Positions 36,207-46,000 of a stretch of DNA of 64,000 nucleotides are shown one piece after another (position 1 is the stretch's first letter; every line of letters starts with the position of its first letter). The notes under the pieces were generated by a model, which saw only the letters and a program-made list of their open reading frames with translations, was not told the DNA's origin and made no database searches. A program made the translations under genes and the position numbers. This DNA is from a virus. Location of the stretch: positions 1 through 64,000 of the IMG/VR virus record IMGVR_UViG_3300033144_006696, one strand, 5' to 3'.

Positions 36207-37379
36207 ATGGCAGCAGGCGACAACATCTGGAGCCACCCTTCTATCATCGCGGCAGAGGCGTTAACACATCTCGAGGACGCACTTGTCATTGCACCACTTT
36301 GTGCTACAGACAAGACATCTGATTTTTCAAATAAAGCCAACGGTTGGAAAGTTGGTGATTCTGTTTCTTTTCGGACTCATGGTGAATATGAAGTTGATGA
36401 ATTTGCAACTACCATTAGCACACAGTCTATCGGAACCTCTACACGTCCCATGGAGATTGAAAAACATTTCGATATCTCTGTTGAAGTCGGTGCAAGAGAA
36501 TACTCTTTGGATCTGGATTCTTTTGTTGAACAGGTTATTCAGCCTGCAACATATAAACTGGCAGAAAGTGTTGACACTTATATAGGAACGAAAATCCTTG
36601 AAGCTGCTGGAGCTTATTACAGCACTGGTCTTTTTACAACTGCCGCTGACATTGCACTTGCCCGTAAAACTGCAACCATCCAGCAATTGGCAATGAATCG
36701 TTTTTGTCTTGTTGATTTGGATATTGAAGCAATTCTTCTTGGACAGACTTGGTTTAATCAGTCTAACTCTCGTGGCTCAGATGGTGAAATGACTCTTCGT
36801 AATGCAGATATGGGTCGTGTAATGGGTATGGATTTCTTTTCCAGTATCGCTTTTCCTACTGAAACTGCTGATTATACTGTGGGTACATTTATTGGTGTAA
36901 CTAATAATACCACTGCAACCAAAAACTTGATTGGTGATTCTCTTTTGATTGTTGATGGTGTTGCAGCTTCCCAGTTTACCCTTGTTGCTGGTGATCGTCT
37001 GTATATTCCTGGTGTCCGTCGTCCTCTAAAAGTTAAAACTGCTGTTGGGGATACTGACGCAACTACTTCAATTGTCCTGGTTGATCCTATTACTGAAATT
37101 ATTCCTGATGATACTGCTGTAACTGTTATTGCTTCTGGAAAAGATGTTCAACATCATGGTGTAATTATGGATGATCGTTCTCTTGCTGTTGCATTTCCTA
37201 TGCTTGATCTTCCTGAAGATCGTGTTGCTGCTACTGCGTCCAATAATGGCATTAGTATTCGTATCGTTAAAGGGTATGATTTGAGTTCCAAGAAAACTAC
37301 GATGTCCCTGGATCTTCTATGTGGTGCTTTTGCTCTTGATCCTCGTCGAATGACTCTTGTTGGTGATAAATCTTCTTAA
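36207..37379 (+). CDS. Major capsid protein, P22 coat (gp5) family
   Basis: IIAAEAL..LED.LV...KVGDSV.FR...IEKHFD.S...LDLDSF.EQVIQPA..LAESVD; SLDLLCG C-terminus. Confidence 0.85.
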   Translation: MAAGDNIWSHPSIIAAEALTHLEDALVIAPLCATDKTSDFSNKANGWKVGDSVSFRTHGEYEVDEFATTISTQSIGTSTRPMEIEKHFDISVEVGAREYSLDLDSFVEQVIQPATYKLAESVDTYIGTKILEAAGAYYSTGLFTTAADIALARKTATIQQLAMNRFCLVDLDIEAILLGQTWFNQSNSRGSDGEMTLRNADMGRVMGMDFFSSIAFPTETADYTVGTFIGVTNNTTATKNLIGDSLLIVDGVAASQFTLVAGDRLYIPGVRRPLKVKTAVGDTDATTSIVLVDPITEIIPDDTAVTVIASGKDVQHHGVIMDDRSLAVAFPMLDLPEDRVAATASNNGISIRIVKGYDLSSKKTTMSLDLLCGAFALDPRRMTLVGDKSS

Positions 37380-37426
37380 TTTTTTGAATAGAGTAAAATT
37401 TTAATTCTAAATAAAAGGAAATAATT

Positions 37427-37615
37427 ATGAAGGTTTATGATAAAGAAGGAAAAGTTGTGAATGCAGATAAGAATCAAATTGAGATTCTTATGAATGCAGG
37501 ATGGACTAAAACTAAACCAGAACTTATTATTAAGGAAGAGCTTAAAAAGGATACTGTAGTCAAAGCAATTCCTAAAGTAAAGAAATCCATAAGAAAAATT
37601 TCCTCTAAAGTATAA
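37427..37615 (+). CDS. Small hypothetical virion protein
   Basis: ORF after MCP, AAGGA SD. Confidence 0.55.
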   Translation: MKVYDKEGKVVNADKNQIEILMNAGWTKTKPELIIKEELKKDTVVKAIPKVKKSIRKISSKV

Positions 37616-37624
37616 GGGGGAATT

Positions 37625-38134
37625 ATGGCTTTAATTGCTACATTAGGTGCTACTGATGCAAATTCATACGTTAACAGAGCTGAGGCTGATCTCTACTTTG
37701 CAGATCGAATGCATTCCTCTACTTGGACAGCATTAACAGATGCGGTGAAAGATCAATTATTGATAACTTCTTCTCGTATGTTAGATTGGCATGTTAAATG
37801 GAAGGGCACAAAGACTGAAGACACTCAAGCAATGCAGCACCCAAGGGAGGATATGCTTCGTCCAGATGGAACTGAAATTGATGATGGTGTTCTTGCTCCT
37901 GAAGTTAAAATTGCTGTGTATGAATTAGCTCTTGTGAATATTACATCAGATAGAATGATTGATGATCCTTTAGCTGGAATAGGTCAATTAAAAGCTGGTT
38001 CTTTAATGATTAAAGCTGGCCCTGAAAAGCCAAACCAAACCAACGCTAAACCAGTGCCCTCACATATATATTCAATATTATCAGATTTGTATGTGCAGGG
38101 CAGAGGAAGTATAGTTAGATTATTAAGGGCATAA
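37625..38134 (+). CDS. Head-tail adaptor-like protein
   Basis: ANSYV...AD.YF..R...W...L...SR.LD...W.G...Q....PR...P.EVK.A..ELAL. Confidence 0.7.
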   Translation: MALIATLGATDANSYVNRAEADLYFADRMHSSTWTALTDAVKDQLLITSSRMLDWHVKWKGTKTEDTQAMQHPREDMLRPDGTEIDDGVLAPEVKIAVYELALVNITSDRMIDDPLAGIGQLKAGSLMIKAGPEKPNQTNAKPVPSHIYSILSDLYVQGRGSIVRLLRA

Positions 38135-38135
38135 A

Positions 38136-38498
38136 ATGGCAAATCTTAGAAATACATTCTTATCTGGTCTTGAAACTATCTTCAATGTAATGAATGAAGC
38201 AGTTAAAACTGGAATATATACTGTTGAAGAAGATGATGGGTTTAATAATTCTGTCATCACTTCTGATGTTGTTAGATGTATTTTTGAGAATTTTTCTGAA
38301 AAAGATATTCATGATCTTTCTTTTTATGAATTAATTCAACCCAAAGATATTAAAGGATTAATACCATTTGTTGATTTAGTTAATTGTGAAATTACAACTC
38401 AAGCTTCTATCATGTTTGGAACTGAAAAATATATGGTAGAAGCTTATGATGTTGATCCAATGAGTGTTGTTTTTACAACCCTTTTGAGGAAAGTTTAA
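38136..38498 (+). CDS. Putative head closure protein
   Basis: Position and size in neck module. Confidence 0.5.
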   Translation: MANLRNTFLSGLETIFNVMNEAVKTGIYTVEEDDGFNNSVITSDVVRCIFENFSEKDIHDLSFYELIQPKDIKGLIPFVDLVNCEITTQASIMFGTEKYMVEAYDVDPMSVVFTTLLRKV

Positions 38499-38499
38499 T

Positions 38500-39003
38500 A
38501 TGAATTTAAACGAAATTATCAAAGGATTGGCTAAAATTACAGAGGGATCAGCTATCAAAGCTAATGTTTCTCGTCTTTTATACAAAAAAGATAATGAATT
38601 AATTGATTTGTTAAAAGAGCATTCACCATACGACCCGGAACACAAAGATCCTCATTTTCGGGATCAATGGAAAGCATCAAGAAAAAAGTACGGCAATTCA
38701 AAAGTTCTGGCTCAGATTATTGTTTCCAATAGTACACCAATATATGGACAATTTTTAGTAGCTGGTGCAGAACTTAATCAAGCTCCTTGGTATTATCCTA
38801 ATAGGATTCGTAAAGGTAAGAAAAAGGGTCAGTTTAAGAAAGGTACTGGAAAACTTACAAAAGTTCAAGGTAAAGTTTGGGCTGGTGGATTAGATCCAGG
38901 TCATATTAAAACAGTTGGAGGTCCAATTGCGCAAGTTTTAACAAAATTTATTGATAAATTTACACAAGAAGTATCTGATGAATTTGTGAAGGGGTTCTTC
39001 TAA
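38500..39003 (+). CDS. Putative neck/tail completion protein (HK97 gp10-like)
   Basis: SPYD...FRDQW, NSTPIYG..L motifs; position. Confidence 0.55.
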   Translation: MNLNEIIKGLAKITEGSAIKANVSRLLYKKDNELIDLLKEHSPYDPEHKDPHFRDQWKASRKKYGNSKVLAQIIVSNSTPIYGQFLVAGAELNQAPWYYPNRIRKGKKKGQFKKGTGKLTKVQGKVWAGGLDPGHIKTVGGPIAQVLTKFIDKFTQEVSDEFVKGFF

Positions 39004-39503
39004 TGGGTATTCAAGGTATTCAAGCATTTTTGAATGTTATCTGTGCAGGAGATAACAATAGAGAAGATGCTTTACAAGAAATATATGAACGCATTAAAGT
39101 AAAAAGGATTTCTTTGGGTCTTACTTCTTTTAAAAGGACTCCAACTGAACCAATAGTTGAAAAAGATATGCCTTGTGTGTTTATGCTTGAAGGTCCTGAT
39201 AATATTATTGAATATTCCAGCAGGGGTAATATGGGATATCCTGTTAGAAGAACTTTAGAAGTTACTTTAGAATTAGTAACCAATTCCAATATAGATATTA
39301 AATCTAAATTGAGAGATTTAAGAAAAGCTGTTTTTGCTGAAAGGGATATTGATCCTCCTGTTTATAATCCAAGATTAGTAGATGTTGGACAAACTGGGTT
39401 TATTAGTGAAAATAGAACTGAGGGTCCTTCAGGATATGGTTTACAAGATATTTTAGGAATGTCTCTTGTGCTTGATTTGGTATATACAGATGATATTATC
39501 TGA
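39003..39503 (+). CDS. Putative tail terminator protein
   Basis: Position immediately before tail tube, D.PCVF.LEG motif. Confidence 0.55.
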   Translation: MGIQGIQAFLNVICAGDNNREDALQEIYERIKVKRISLGLTSFKRTPTEPIVEKDMPCVFMLEGPDNIIEYSSRGNMGYPVRRTLEVTLELVTNSNIDIKSKLRDLRKAVFAERDIDPPVYNPRLVDVGQTGFISENRTEGPSGYGLQDILGMSLVLDLVYTDDII

Positions 39504-39520
39504 TTTTAGGAAGGTTTAAA

Positions 39521-39574
39521 ATGGTAAATACTTCAAACAATTATAGTCTTCTCCTAATTTTTGTGATATACTAA
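39521..39574 (+). pseudogene. Vestigial duplicate of the tail-tube gene 5' end
   Basis: SD + ATG GTA AAT ACT TCA AAC AAT TAT AGT CTT (MVNTSNNYSL) versus tube start MAVSPNTDNYSL. Confidence 0.45.
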
Positions 39575-39581
39575 TGCAAAC

Positions 39582-39636
39582 TACAGTGGATAGGATCGCA
39601 TCCGAAAAGTGGCATCTCAACCACCCCTCCACTGTA
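39582..39636 (+). promoter_or_regulatory. Structured 5' leader element, copy B
   Basis: 9-bp closing stem TACAGTGGA/TCCACTGTA enclosing TAGGATCGCATCCGAAAAG and GTGG/CCAC hairpin; preceded by TGaTATACT extended -10. Confidence 0.6.
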
Positions 39637-39675
39637 CTTCTTTTTGAGAATATTGCTATGAGAGGTAATATTAAT

Positions 39676-40191
39676 ATGATTTACAAAGATTTGCCAAGAG
39701 CTGATTATCTTAGATCCATTTTTAATTACAACAAAAAGACTGGAAAATTAATCTGGAAAAAGAAAACTGCTAATTGTGTTAAGATTGGAACTGAGGCAGG
39801 GTTTGTATCAGGCAGAACTGGAAGATTGCAAGTTTCTATAAAAGGTGAAGTTTTTTATGTTCCAAGAATTATTTGGAAAATGGTAAAAGGCAGAATTCCA
39901 AATTATAAACAAATTGATCATGATGATAGAAATCCTCTTAATAATGCTTGGGATAATTTGTCTTTGAAAACCCAGTCAGAAAATATGAAAAATTCTTCAC
40001 TTCAACGTAATAACACATCAGGTATTGTTGGTGTAAATTTTCATAAATTTTCTGGGTTATGGAAAGGTAGTATTTCTAATAATAAGAAAATAGAAACAGT
40101 ATATTTTAAAACCATGGATGAAGCCATAGATTGGAGGAGAAGCAAAGAAAGAGAGTATGGATTTCATAAGAACCATGGAAAGACTTTCTAA
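39676..40191 (+). CDS. HNH-AP2 homing endonuclease
   Basis: FNYNKKTGKLIW...IDHDDRNPLNNAWDNL...N..NTSGIVGV; ATG 39676 with GAGG SD. Confidence 0.85.
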   Translation: MIYKDLPRADYLRSIFNYNKKTGKLIWKKKTANCVKIGTEAGFVSGRTGRLQVSIKGEVFYVPRIIWKMVKGRIPNYKQIDHDDRNPLNNAWDNLSLKTQSENMKNSSLQRNNTSGIVGVNFHKFSGLWKGSISNNKKIETVYFKTMDEAIDWRRSKEREYGFHKNHGKTF

Positions 40192-40214
40192 CAATAATTA
40201 TAGGAGATTTAATC

Positions 40215-41231
40215 ATGGCAGTAAGTCCAAATACTGACAATTATAGCCTCGGGAAAGGAGTGGTGTATTTTGATCAGCTTGTTTCTAGTGTCTATCAAGG
40301 AGAAAGGGATCTTGGTAATGCGCCCTCTTTCACATTTAATATTGCACTTGAAACACTTGAGCATTTCAGCTCACGAGGTGGTTTGAAAGCGAAAGATAAG
40401 AGTATTATTTCTCAGATCACTCCAGGTCTGGCATTCACTCTTGATGAAGTTAACAAAGAAAATATGGCATTGCTCACATTGGGCGATACCACTACTGTTA
40501 CACAAACTGCTGGATCTATAGTGGCTGAAGTTGTTACAGCACACATGGACAAACGAGTAGATCTTGATTATCGTGGAATTGAGAATTGGAATCTTACTTA
40601 TGATTCAGGTACAGTTATCTTTGTTGTTGGTGAGGTTGTTACTGGTGCTGGTGGTGCAACTGGTGTTGTTCTTTCTGTTACAGGAACTTCTGTCGCAGGT
40701 ACTTTGGTAATTGCAAAAACAAATGCAACTTTGTTTGTTACTGCTGAAGCTATTACTGGTTCCGGTACTGGTGCAGCATCTGTGACTACTGCAATTCCCA
40801 CTTTATCAACAACTCCTGTTATGCTTGTTCAAGATTCTGCCGATACAGTTACTTACGTTGCTGGGACTGATTATGAAATCTCAACAACTTTGAGTGATGA
40901 TGATATTGGACGAATTAAGTTTATTGGGAGTACCATTACTGAAAGTGATGAAATTCATATTACTTATGGCCATGCAGCACTCACGTATACAAACATTGCA
41001 GCCTTTGCAAACACACAGATCATTGGAAAACTCAGGTTTGTTTCTGATAATCCCGCTGGTAATCAGCAGGAACTGGAAGCATGGAGTGTTTCTCTTGTAC
41101 CTGCTGGGGATACTGCCATGATTGGTGACGATTGGTCTACTCTCCAATTTAATGGTGAAATTTTGAAAGACGAAACAAATCACCCACTTACTCCGTATAT
41201 GAATATCATTATGGATCAATCTCTCACATAA
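40215..41231 (+). CDS. Major tail (tube) protein with inserted beta-rich domain
   Basis: DNYSLGKG..YF...RDLGNAP.F....E.LEH.SSR.G...D; GD.A.IGDDW..L.F.GE.L. Confidence 0.8.
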   Translation: MAVSPNTDNYSLGKGVVYFDQLVSSVYQGERDLGNAPSFTFNIALETLEHFSSRGGLKAKDKSIISQITPGLAFTLDEVNKENMALLTLGDTTTVTQTAGSIVAEVVTAHMDKRVDLDYRGIENWNLTYDSGTVIFVVGEVVTGAGGATGVVLSVTGTSVAGTLVIAKTNATLFVTAEAITGSGTGAASVTTAIPTLSTTPVMLVQDSADTVTYVAGTDYEISTTLSDDDIGRIKFIGSTITESDEIHITYGHAALTYTNIAAFANTQIIGKLRFVSDNPAGNQQELEAWSVSLVPAGDTAMIGDDWSTLQFNGEILKDETNHPLTPYMNIIMDQSLT

Positions 41232-41237
41232 TTTATA

Positions 41238-41278
41238 ATAGGTATAGAGCAGTACGTAACGTACTGCTCTATACCTAT
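41238..41278. terminator. Perfect 20-bp inverted repeat with 1-nt centre between convergent genes
   Basis: ATAGGTATAGAGCAGTACGT-A-ACGTACTGCTCTATACCTAT. Confidence 0.75.
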
Positions 41279-41281
41279 ATA

Positions 41282-41953
41282 TTAAGTAGGATATCCTCCA
41301 TACATAATATCATTTTTTAACTCATTTACTTCTTCAAAAATCACAATTTCTTCTGGGATTCTTTTTAATATGTTTGTTTGAAACCACCAAGAATGATCAA
41401 GTAAATAACCCCCACTTATATTTCCTAATTTGCAGTATTTTAAATTAATTTTATTCTCCGAACAATATCTCATAGAAATAATCTTTCTCCATTCATTAAA
41501 CCTAATTATGCCAAATGAACAAAAATAAGCTGGAGTTATTACTTTTGGATTTATAAATCCATGTGGGTGTATTATGGTATCAGAAGAAATCCAATTATCT
41601 ATATTGAAAAAATATTTAACAGTTTCTGTATCCAATTGCATAAAGTAAGGTATTCTGATAACTTTAATTCCCATCATTGAGTATACTTTATCTTTTTTAA
41701 TATCAGCTAATATTGTTTTTGGATTAGTAAAATGTCCGTATCCATCAAATTCTATAATTAATTGTAATTTTTTACAGTAATAGTCAGGCCTATTTAGTAT
41801 GTTAGATTCTGGAACTTTTCTATCATGCACAAAATCATACCCAGGAAAAATTGTTTTTAAATGCACCCCTAATGATTTTTCATTTAAAAATGGTATGTTT
41901 TTTACATCTGCCAATGAAGTATCTGAATTTATCCCTTTTGCATATTTAGTCAT
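41282..41953 (-). CDS. DUF559/Vsr-like endonuclease, antisense in tail module
   Basis: NRPDYY...LIIEFDGYGHFT...D..KD..Y...G.KVIRIPYF. Confidence 0.75.
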   Translation of the reverse strand: MTKYAKGINSDTSLADVKNIPFLNEKSLGVHLKTIFPGYDFVHDRKVPESNILNRPDYYCKKLQLIIEFDGYGHFTNPKTILADIKKDKVYSMMGIKVIRIPYFMQLDTETVKYFFNIDNWISSDTIIHPHGFINPKVITPAYFCSFGIIRFNEWRKIISMRYCSENKINLKYCKLGNISGGYLLDHSWWFQTNILKRIPEEIVIFEEVNELKNDIMYGGYPT

Positions 41954-42092
41954 TTTTTTCTCCCTTTTCTTTAAATTCTGTTAATACCTTCCTCATTAAT
42001 TCTGATTTATTCATTTTCCTTTTCTCAGCTTCTTTTTTAAACCAATCATCAATTATTGGATTTATTCTTATTGTTGCTATTACTTTTCTCAT
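41946..42092 (-). CDS. Small ribbon-helix-helix (CopG-like) protein, 48 aa
   Basis: Manual translation MRKVIATIRINPIIDDWFKKEAEKRKMNKSELMRKVLTEF...; AAGGAG SD; overlaps start of the endonuclease gene. Confidence 0.65.
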   Translation of the reverse strand: MRKVIATIRINPIIDDWFKKEAEKRKMNKSELMRKVLTEFKEKGEKND

Positions 42093-42144
42093 GTTTTCTC
42101 CTTTTATAAATGTAATTGATATGTGTGTTAATTAACATACGACT

Positions 42145-42173
42145 AACGTACACTAAATTATATCGTTTGTCAA
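42145..42173 (-). promoter_or_regulatory. sigma70-like promoter of the RHH-endonuclease operon
   Basis: TTGACA-17-TACGTT. Confidence 0.55.
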
Positions 42174-42299
42174 TAGAAAAATTGATTGTTTTTTTATATT
42201 TTCTGTGTTATTGTTTTATGGGTAATTTAATATAGTCTGGTAAGAAAAAGAAACAAGAAATAACTTACTGGATCAACTCACATAAAAGAAGGAAATACA

Positions 42300-42722
42300 A
42301 TGAAAAAGCAAAAACTCAACTTAGATCTTGAAGCATTATTCCCCGGTTCAGCCCTCCCCATCGGAAATGAATCAATCATTATCCGTCCCTTGAATATTGA
42401 ACAACTTGCCATTCTTTCAAAAAAAGCTTCTTGCATTGGCTCCATTCTTGTTGAGAAAGGAATCACTTTTGAAAACTTCAATACTCCTATAAATCTTTTT
42501 CAACTTGCTGTTATTTCTTTAGAAAATATTCCTGATGTACTTGCAGAAGCTGCCAATGTAGAAATGGACACTCTTAAAAAACTTCCTATTGAAATCATTG
42601 TACAAATCATTGAAAAGATCATCTCTGAAAATATGAAATCCAAAGAGGTACTGGAAAAAAACTTCAAGAGCTTGATCGAGAAATTTCAAACTCAACCTCT
42701 TCCGACTCAAAAGAAGAAATAG
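42300..42722 (+). CDS. Tail assembly chaperone (G-like)
   Basis: Position before tape measure, size, slippery site near the end. Confidence 0.7.
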   Translation: MKKQKLNLDLEALFPGSALPIGNESIIIRPLNIEQLAILSKKASCIGSILVEKGITFENFNTPINLFQLAVISLENIPDVLAEAANVEMDTLKKLPIEIIVQIIEKIISENMKSKEVLEKNFKSLIEKFQTQPLPTQKKK

Positions 42723-43033
42723 AGACTGATATCTCATTTGCTGTTCAGACATTGGTTTCAAATGGACATCATTGGTCAAGCATAAAATCATATACATTGT
42801 CAGAAATAGGTTCTTTTTTTAAAGTTGTGGTAATTCAAGAAAGAAATAAGAAAGCTCAGAATATTTCAGATTCATGGCAAGCAAATAATTTAACTTTAGA
42901 AGGATTACAGCAGGTTTTAGGTTCTTTGGGATCTCATTCAAACCTTGGTAAGAAGGAAACAGGACCACCTCCAAAAGAAGTCCAAAAAGATTGGAGTAGA
43001 TTGGCTTCATTTATGTCTAAACATCAAGGATAA
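42656..43033 (+). CDS. Tail assembly chaperone -1 frameshift extension (GT-like)
   Basis: A AAA AAC heptamer at 42656-42662; -1 frame is open (KLQELDREISNS...) and continuous with ORF 42752-43033. Confidence 0.7.
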   Translation, partial: KKLQELDREISNSTSSDSKEEIETDISFAVQTLVSNGHHWSSIKSYTLSEIGSFFKVVVIQERNKKAQNISDSWQANNLTLEGLQQVLGSLGSHSNLGKKETGPPPKEVQKDWSRLASFMSKHQG

Positions 43034-43048
43034 GTAAAGGAAATTGAT

Positions 43049-46000
43049 ATGGCTGATACTAAAAGAACAGCAGAGATTGTTTTAAAAATAACTGGTTTTG
43101 ATCCTGCATTATTGAAACCCCTTATTTCTGCTTTTGAAGGCATATCAAAAGCAGTTGATAATGTAGCCACAAAAGTTAAGTCATTCCAAGATACACTAAC
43201 AACCATTAAAACCCCCGCATCTCTGAATACAATCGTTAAGCATTTTCAATCTCTTGAAGCAATTAAACTTCATGCAATTGGCACTTTTGTTAATAATCTC
43301 AAAAAAATAAATGATGTTAATGCTACTGGTTTTAAAACCTTTGTCACTCAGATGACAAAATTAGCAGGACTCACAATTCCATCTTTGTTAGCTTTTAAAA
43401 ATAATATCACAGCATTAAATAAAATAAAAAAATTACCTGATTTAACACCTTTTGCAACTGCACTTAAAAGTTTATCTGGTATTGGTAATATTACAGTCCT
43501 TACATCTTTTGTCACTCAAATGACAAAATTAGCAAGGCTTACAATTCCTAGTTTTACAAAGTTTGTAACTGACCTTAAAAATCTTGTTAAAGTAGATTTA
43601 ACTGGAGTTGTTGCTAATTTAAAAGCTTTTAATAATGCAATAGTGAAGCTTGAAAAGGCTGGGAGTCTTGATGCATTCAAAAAACTTGCAACTGACGTAA
43701 ACAGCTTAAAAACAGCTTTAGCAGGGGTTGCTGCTGATGTTAATAAGACAGCTAAAGCTGTAAGCAATGCAGGAAAGAGATCCAGAGAGGCTTCTATTGG
43801 TCTTACAGGATTTACAGAGAAACTGAAATCTTTTGTAGAAAAATTCAGAACAGTTGCAACTTTTAGAAGTATATCTGAAGTAATATTACTAGTAAAAGCA
43901 GCATTCATTAGTGGCTTAGCTGCAATTATTGAATATGATCAAGCTTTAAAAGATCTCCAAGCGATTACTGGAGCAACATCTCTTGAAGTTTCTCAAATGG
44001 GTACTAAAATTCTTGAAGTTGCTTCCTCCACAAAATTCTCTGCTTCAGAAATTGCAGAAGGAATGAGAGTTATTGGTCAGGCTGGTTTTTCTGCAAGTGA
44101 TGCTATTCAGACAATGCAATCTATATCAGATCTTGCAACTGGAACTTTATCAACAATGGCTTCAACAGTTGATTTGGTTACAACTGCAATGAGAGTATTC
44201 CAGATAGATGCTTCACAATCTTCTCAGATAGTTGATGTTTTTGCCAATGCAGTAAATAAATCAAAACTCACTATTGATAAATTACGTACAGCAATGAATT
44301 ATGTTGGTCCAATTGCCAAAGCATCTGGAATTGATTTTAAAGAATTATCTGCTGCAATGGGCACTTTGGCTAATTCAGGATTACGTGCCTCTACAATGGG
44401 TACTGGACTTAGACGTATATTTGCTGAATTAGTAAGTCCTTCTAAATCTTTAAGGGTGGCAGCTAAAGAAGCTGGTGTGGCATTAAATGAATTAGATCCA
44501 ACTTCAAATAGTTTAGCCTCTGTATTGGGTAATTTACGATTAGTTTTAGATGATTCAAGTGCTGCATTTGATATTTTTGGGAAGCGTGGCGCTGCTGCTG
44601 TTTTAGCTTTGGTAGGAAATAAGGGTGATTTCAGGACTATGCTTGACACAGTTAGTAAGACTGGAACTGCTGCAAAAATGGCAGCAATTCAAATGGAAGG
44701 TCTTGGCGTATCTTTTAAGAATTTACGAGATAGATTGGGTGTTTTAGCAATTGCATTTGGTGAAGGTGGAATTTCAGGAGCAATGCGTGTTTTTATTACT
44801 GTGGTTAAAGGATTAATAATATCATTAACCTATCTTGCAGAAACAACTTTTGGAAAAATGGTAATAGGTCTAGGTATATTAGTTACTTCCATTACGGCAG
44901 TTTCTTTAGCTTTTGTGGGATTAAAAGCTGCTACAAATTTTATTGTAATGCATTCTGCAATTAAACTCCTTGTTGCTGAATGGGCTTCCGCTGCTTTATT
45001 TTTTGAAACTTCTATGAGTGGTTTATTTGCTATTGTGATAAAAAACCCAATTATTTTAGCAATAATTGGTACAGTTGCTGCATTGGCAGGAATAGCAGCA
45101 GTTATTAATCATACAATTGGTAATACTAAGGAATTAGCTGGCGAAGCTGCAAAATTGGCAGATAAGTATGGGACTTTAACAGACACAGTAAATAATTACA
45201 AAATAAGTTTAATTGGATTAGATAAAGGCTCAAAGGAAGTAAAAGAAGCAAATCTTGCTTTACGAAATAGTTTATTAGTTACTAAAAATGAATTTATTGA
45301 ATTAAATGCAGAAGCTCTTGCTGTAGTTGCAAGTATAAATGCTATAGATGGTTCTGTTACTGATGGTGGAAAAGCTTTAGATATTTATGCAGATAAATTA
45401 AATGTATTACAAAAAAATAAATTGGTTACAAGTACAGAACTTGCAAATAAATCATTACAAGAACAAACTGGATTGATTAGTCAGCTAGGAAATAAATTTT
45501 CTGATCTTGGCAAAATGATTTTCATGGCTAGTTCTGAATTAGAAGCTTTTAAAGCTAAACAAAAAGAAATTAATGAATATTCAGATCTTTTATCAAAAGG
45601 ATTTGATAAATCAGGTATAAGTTTTGAGGATCTTGGCAATAAAATTCTTTCATGGGATCATACAAAATTAACAAGTCAGCAAGAAGAGATAATTAGAAGT
45701 TATGAATTTATAAATGAACAATCTAGTAAATATGTTGATTGGTTAGTTAAAACTAACCAAGTTGGGTTAGATAATACAGTACAAAGTTTTCAAGATTTAG
45801 CGGAAGATGCAGGTTTAACTGGTGTTGCTTTAACATCTGTTGTTGAAAAACTCACAGCATTTAAAAAGGTTTCTGCTGAAGGATTTTCAAATAGAATAGA
45901 AAAATGGGAAAAAGATATCAAAAATGCAGATGGAAGTTTAAAAGATTACATTGCAACATATTTAAAATTAAATGGTGCCGCAACAGACGCTGAGAAAATA

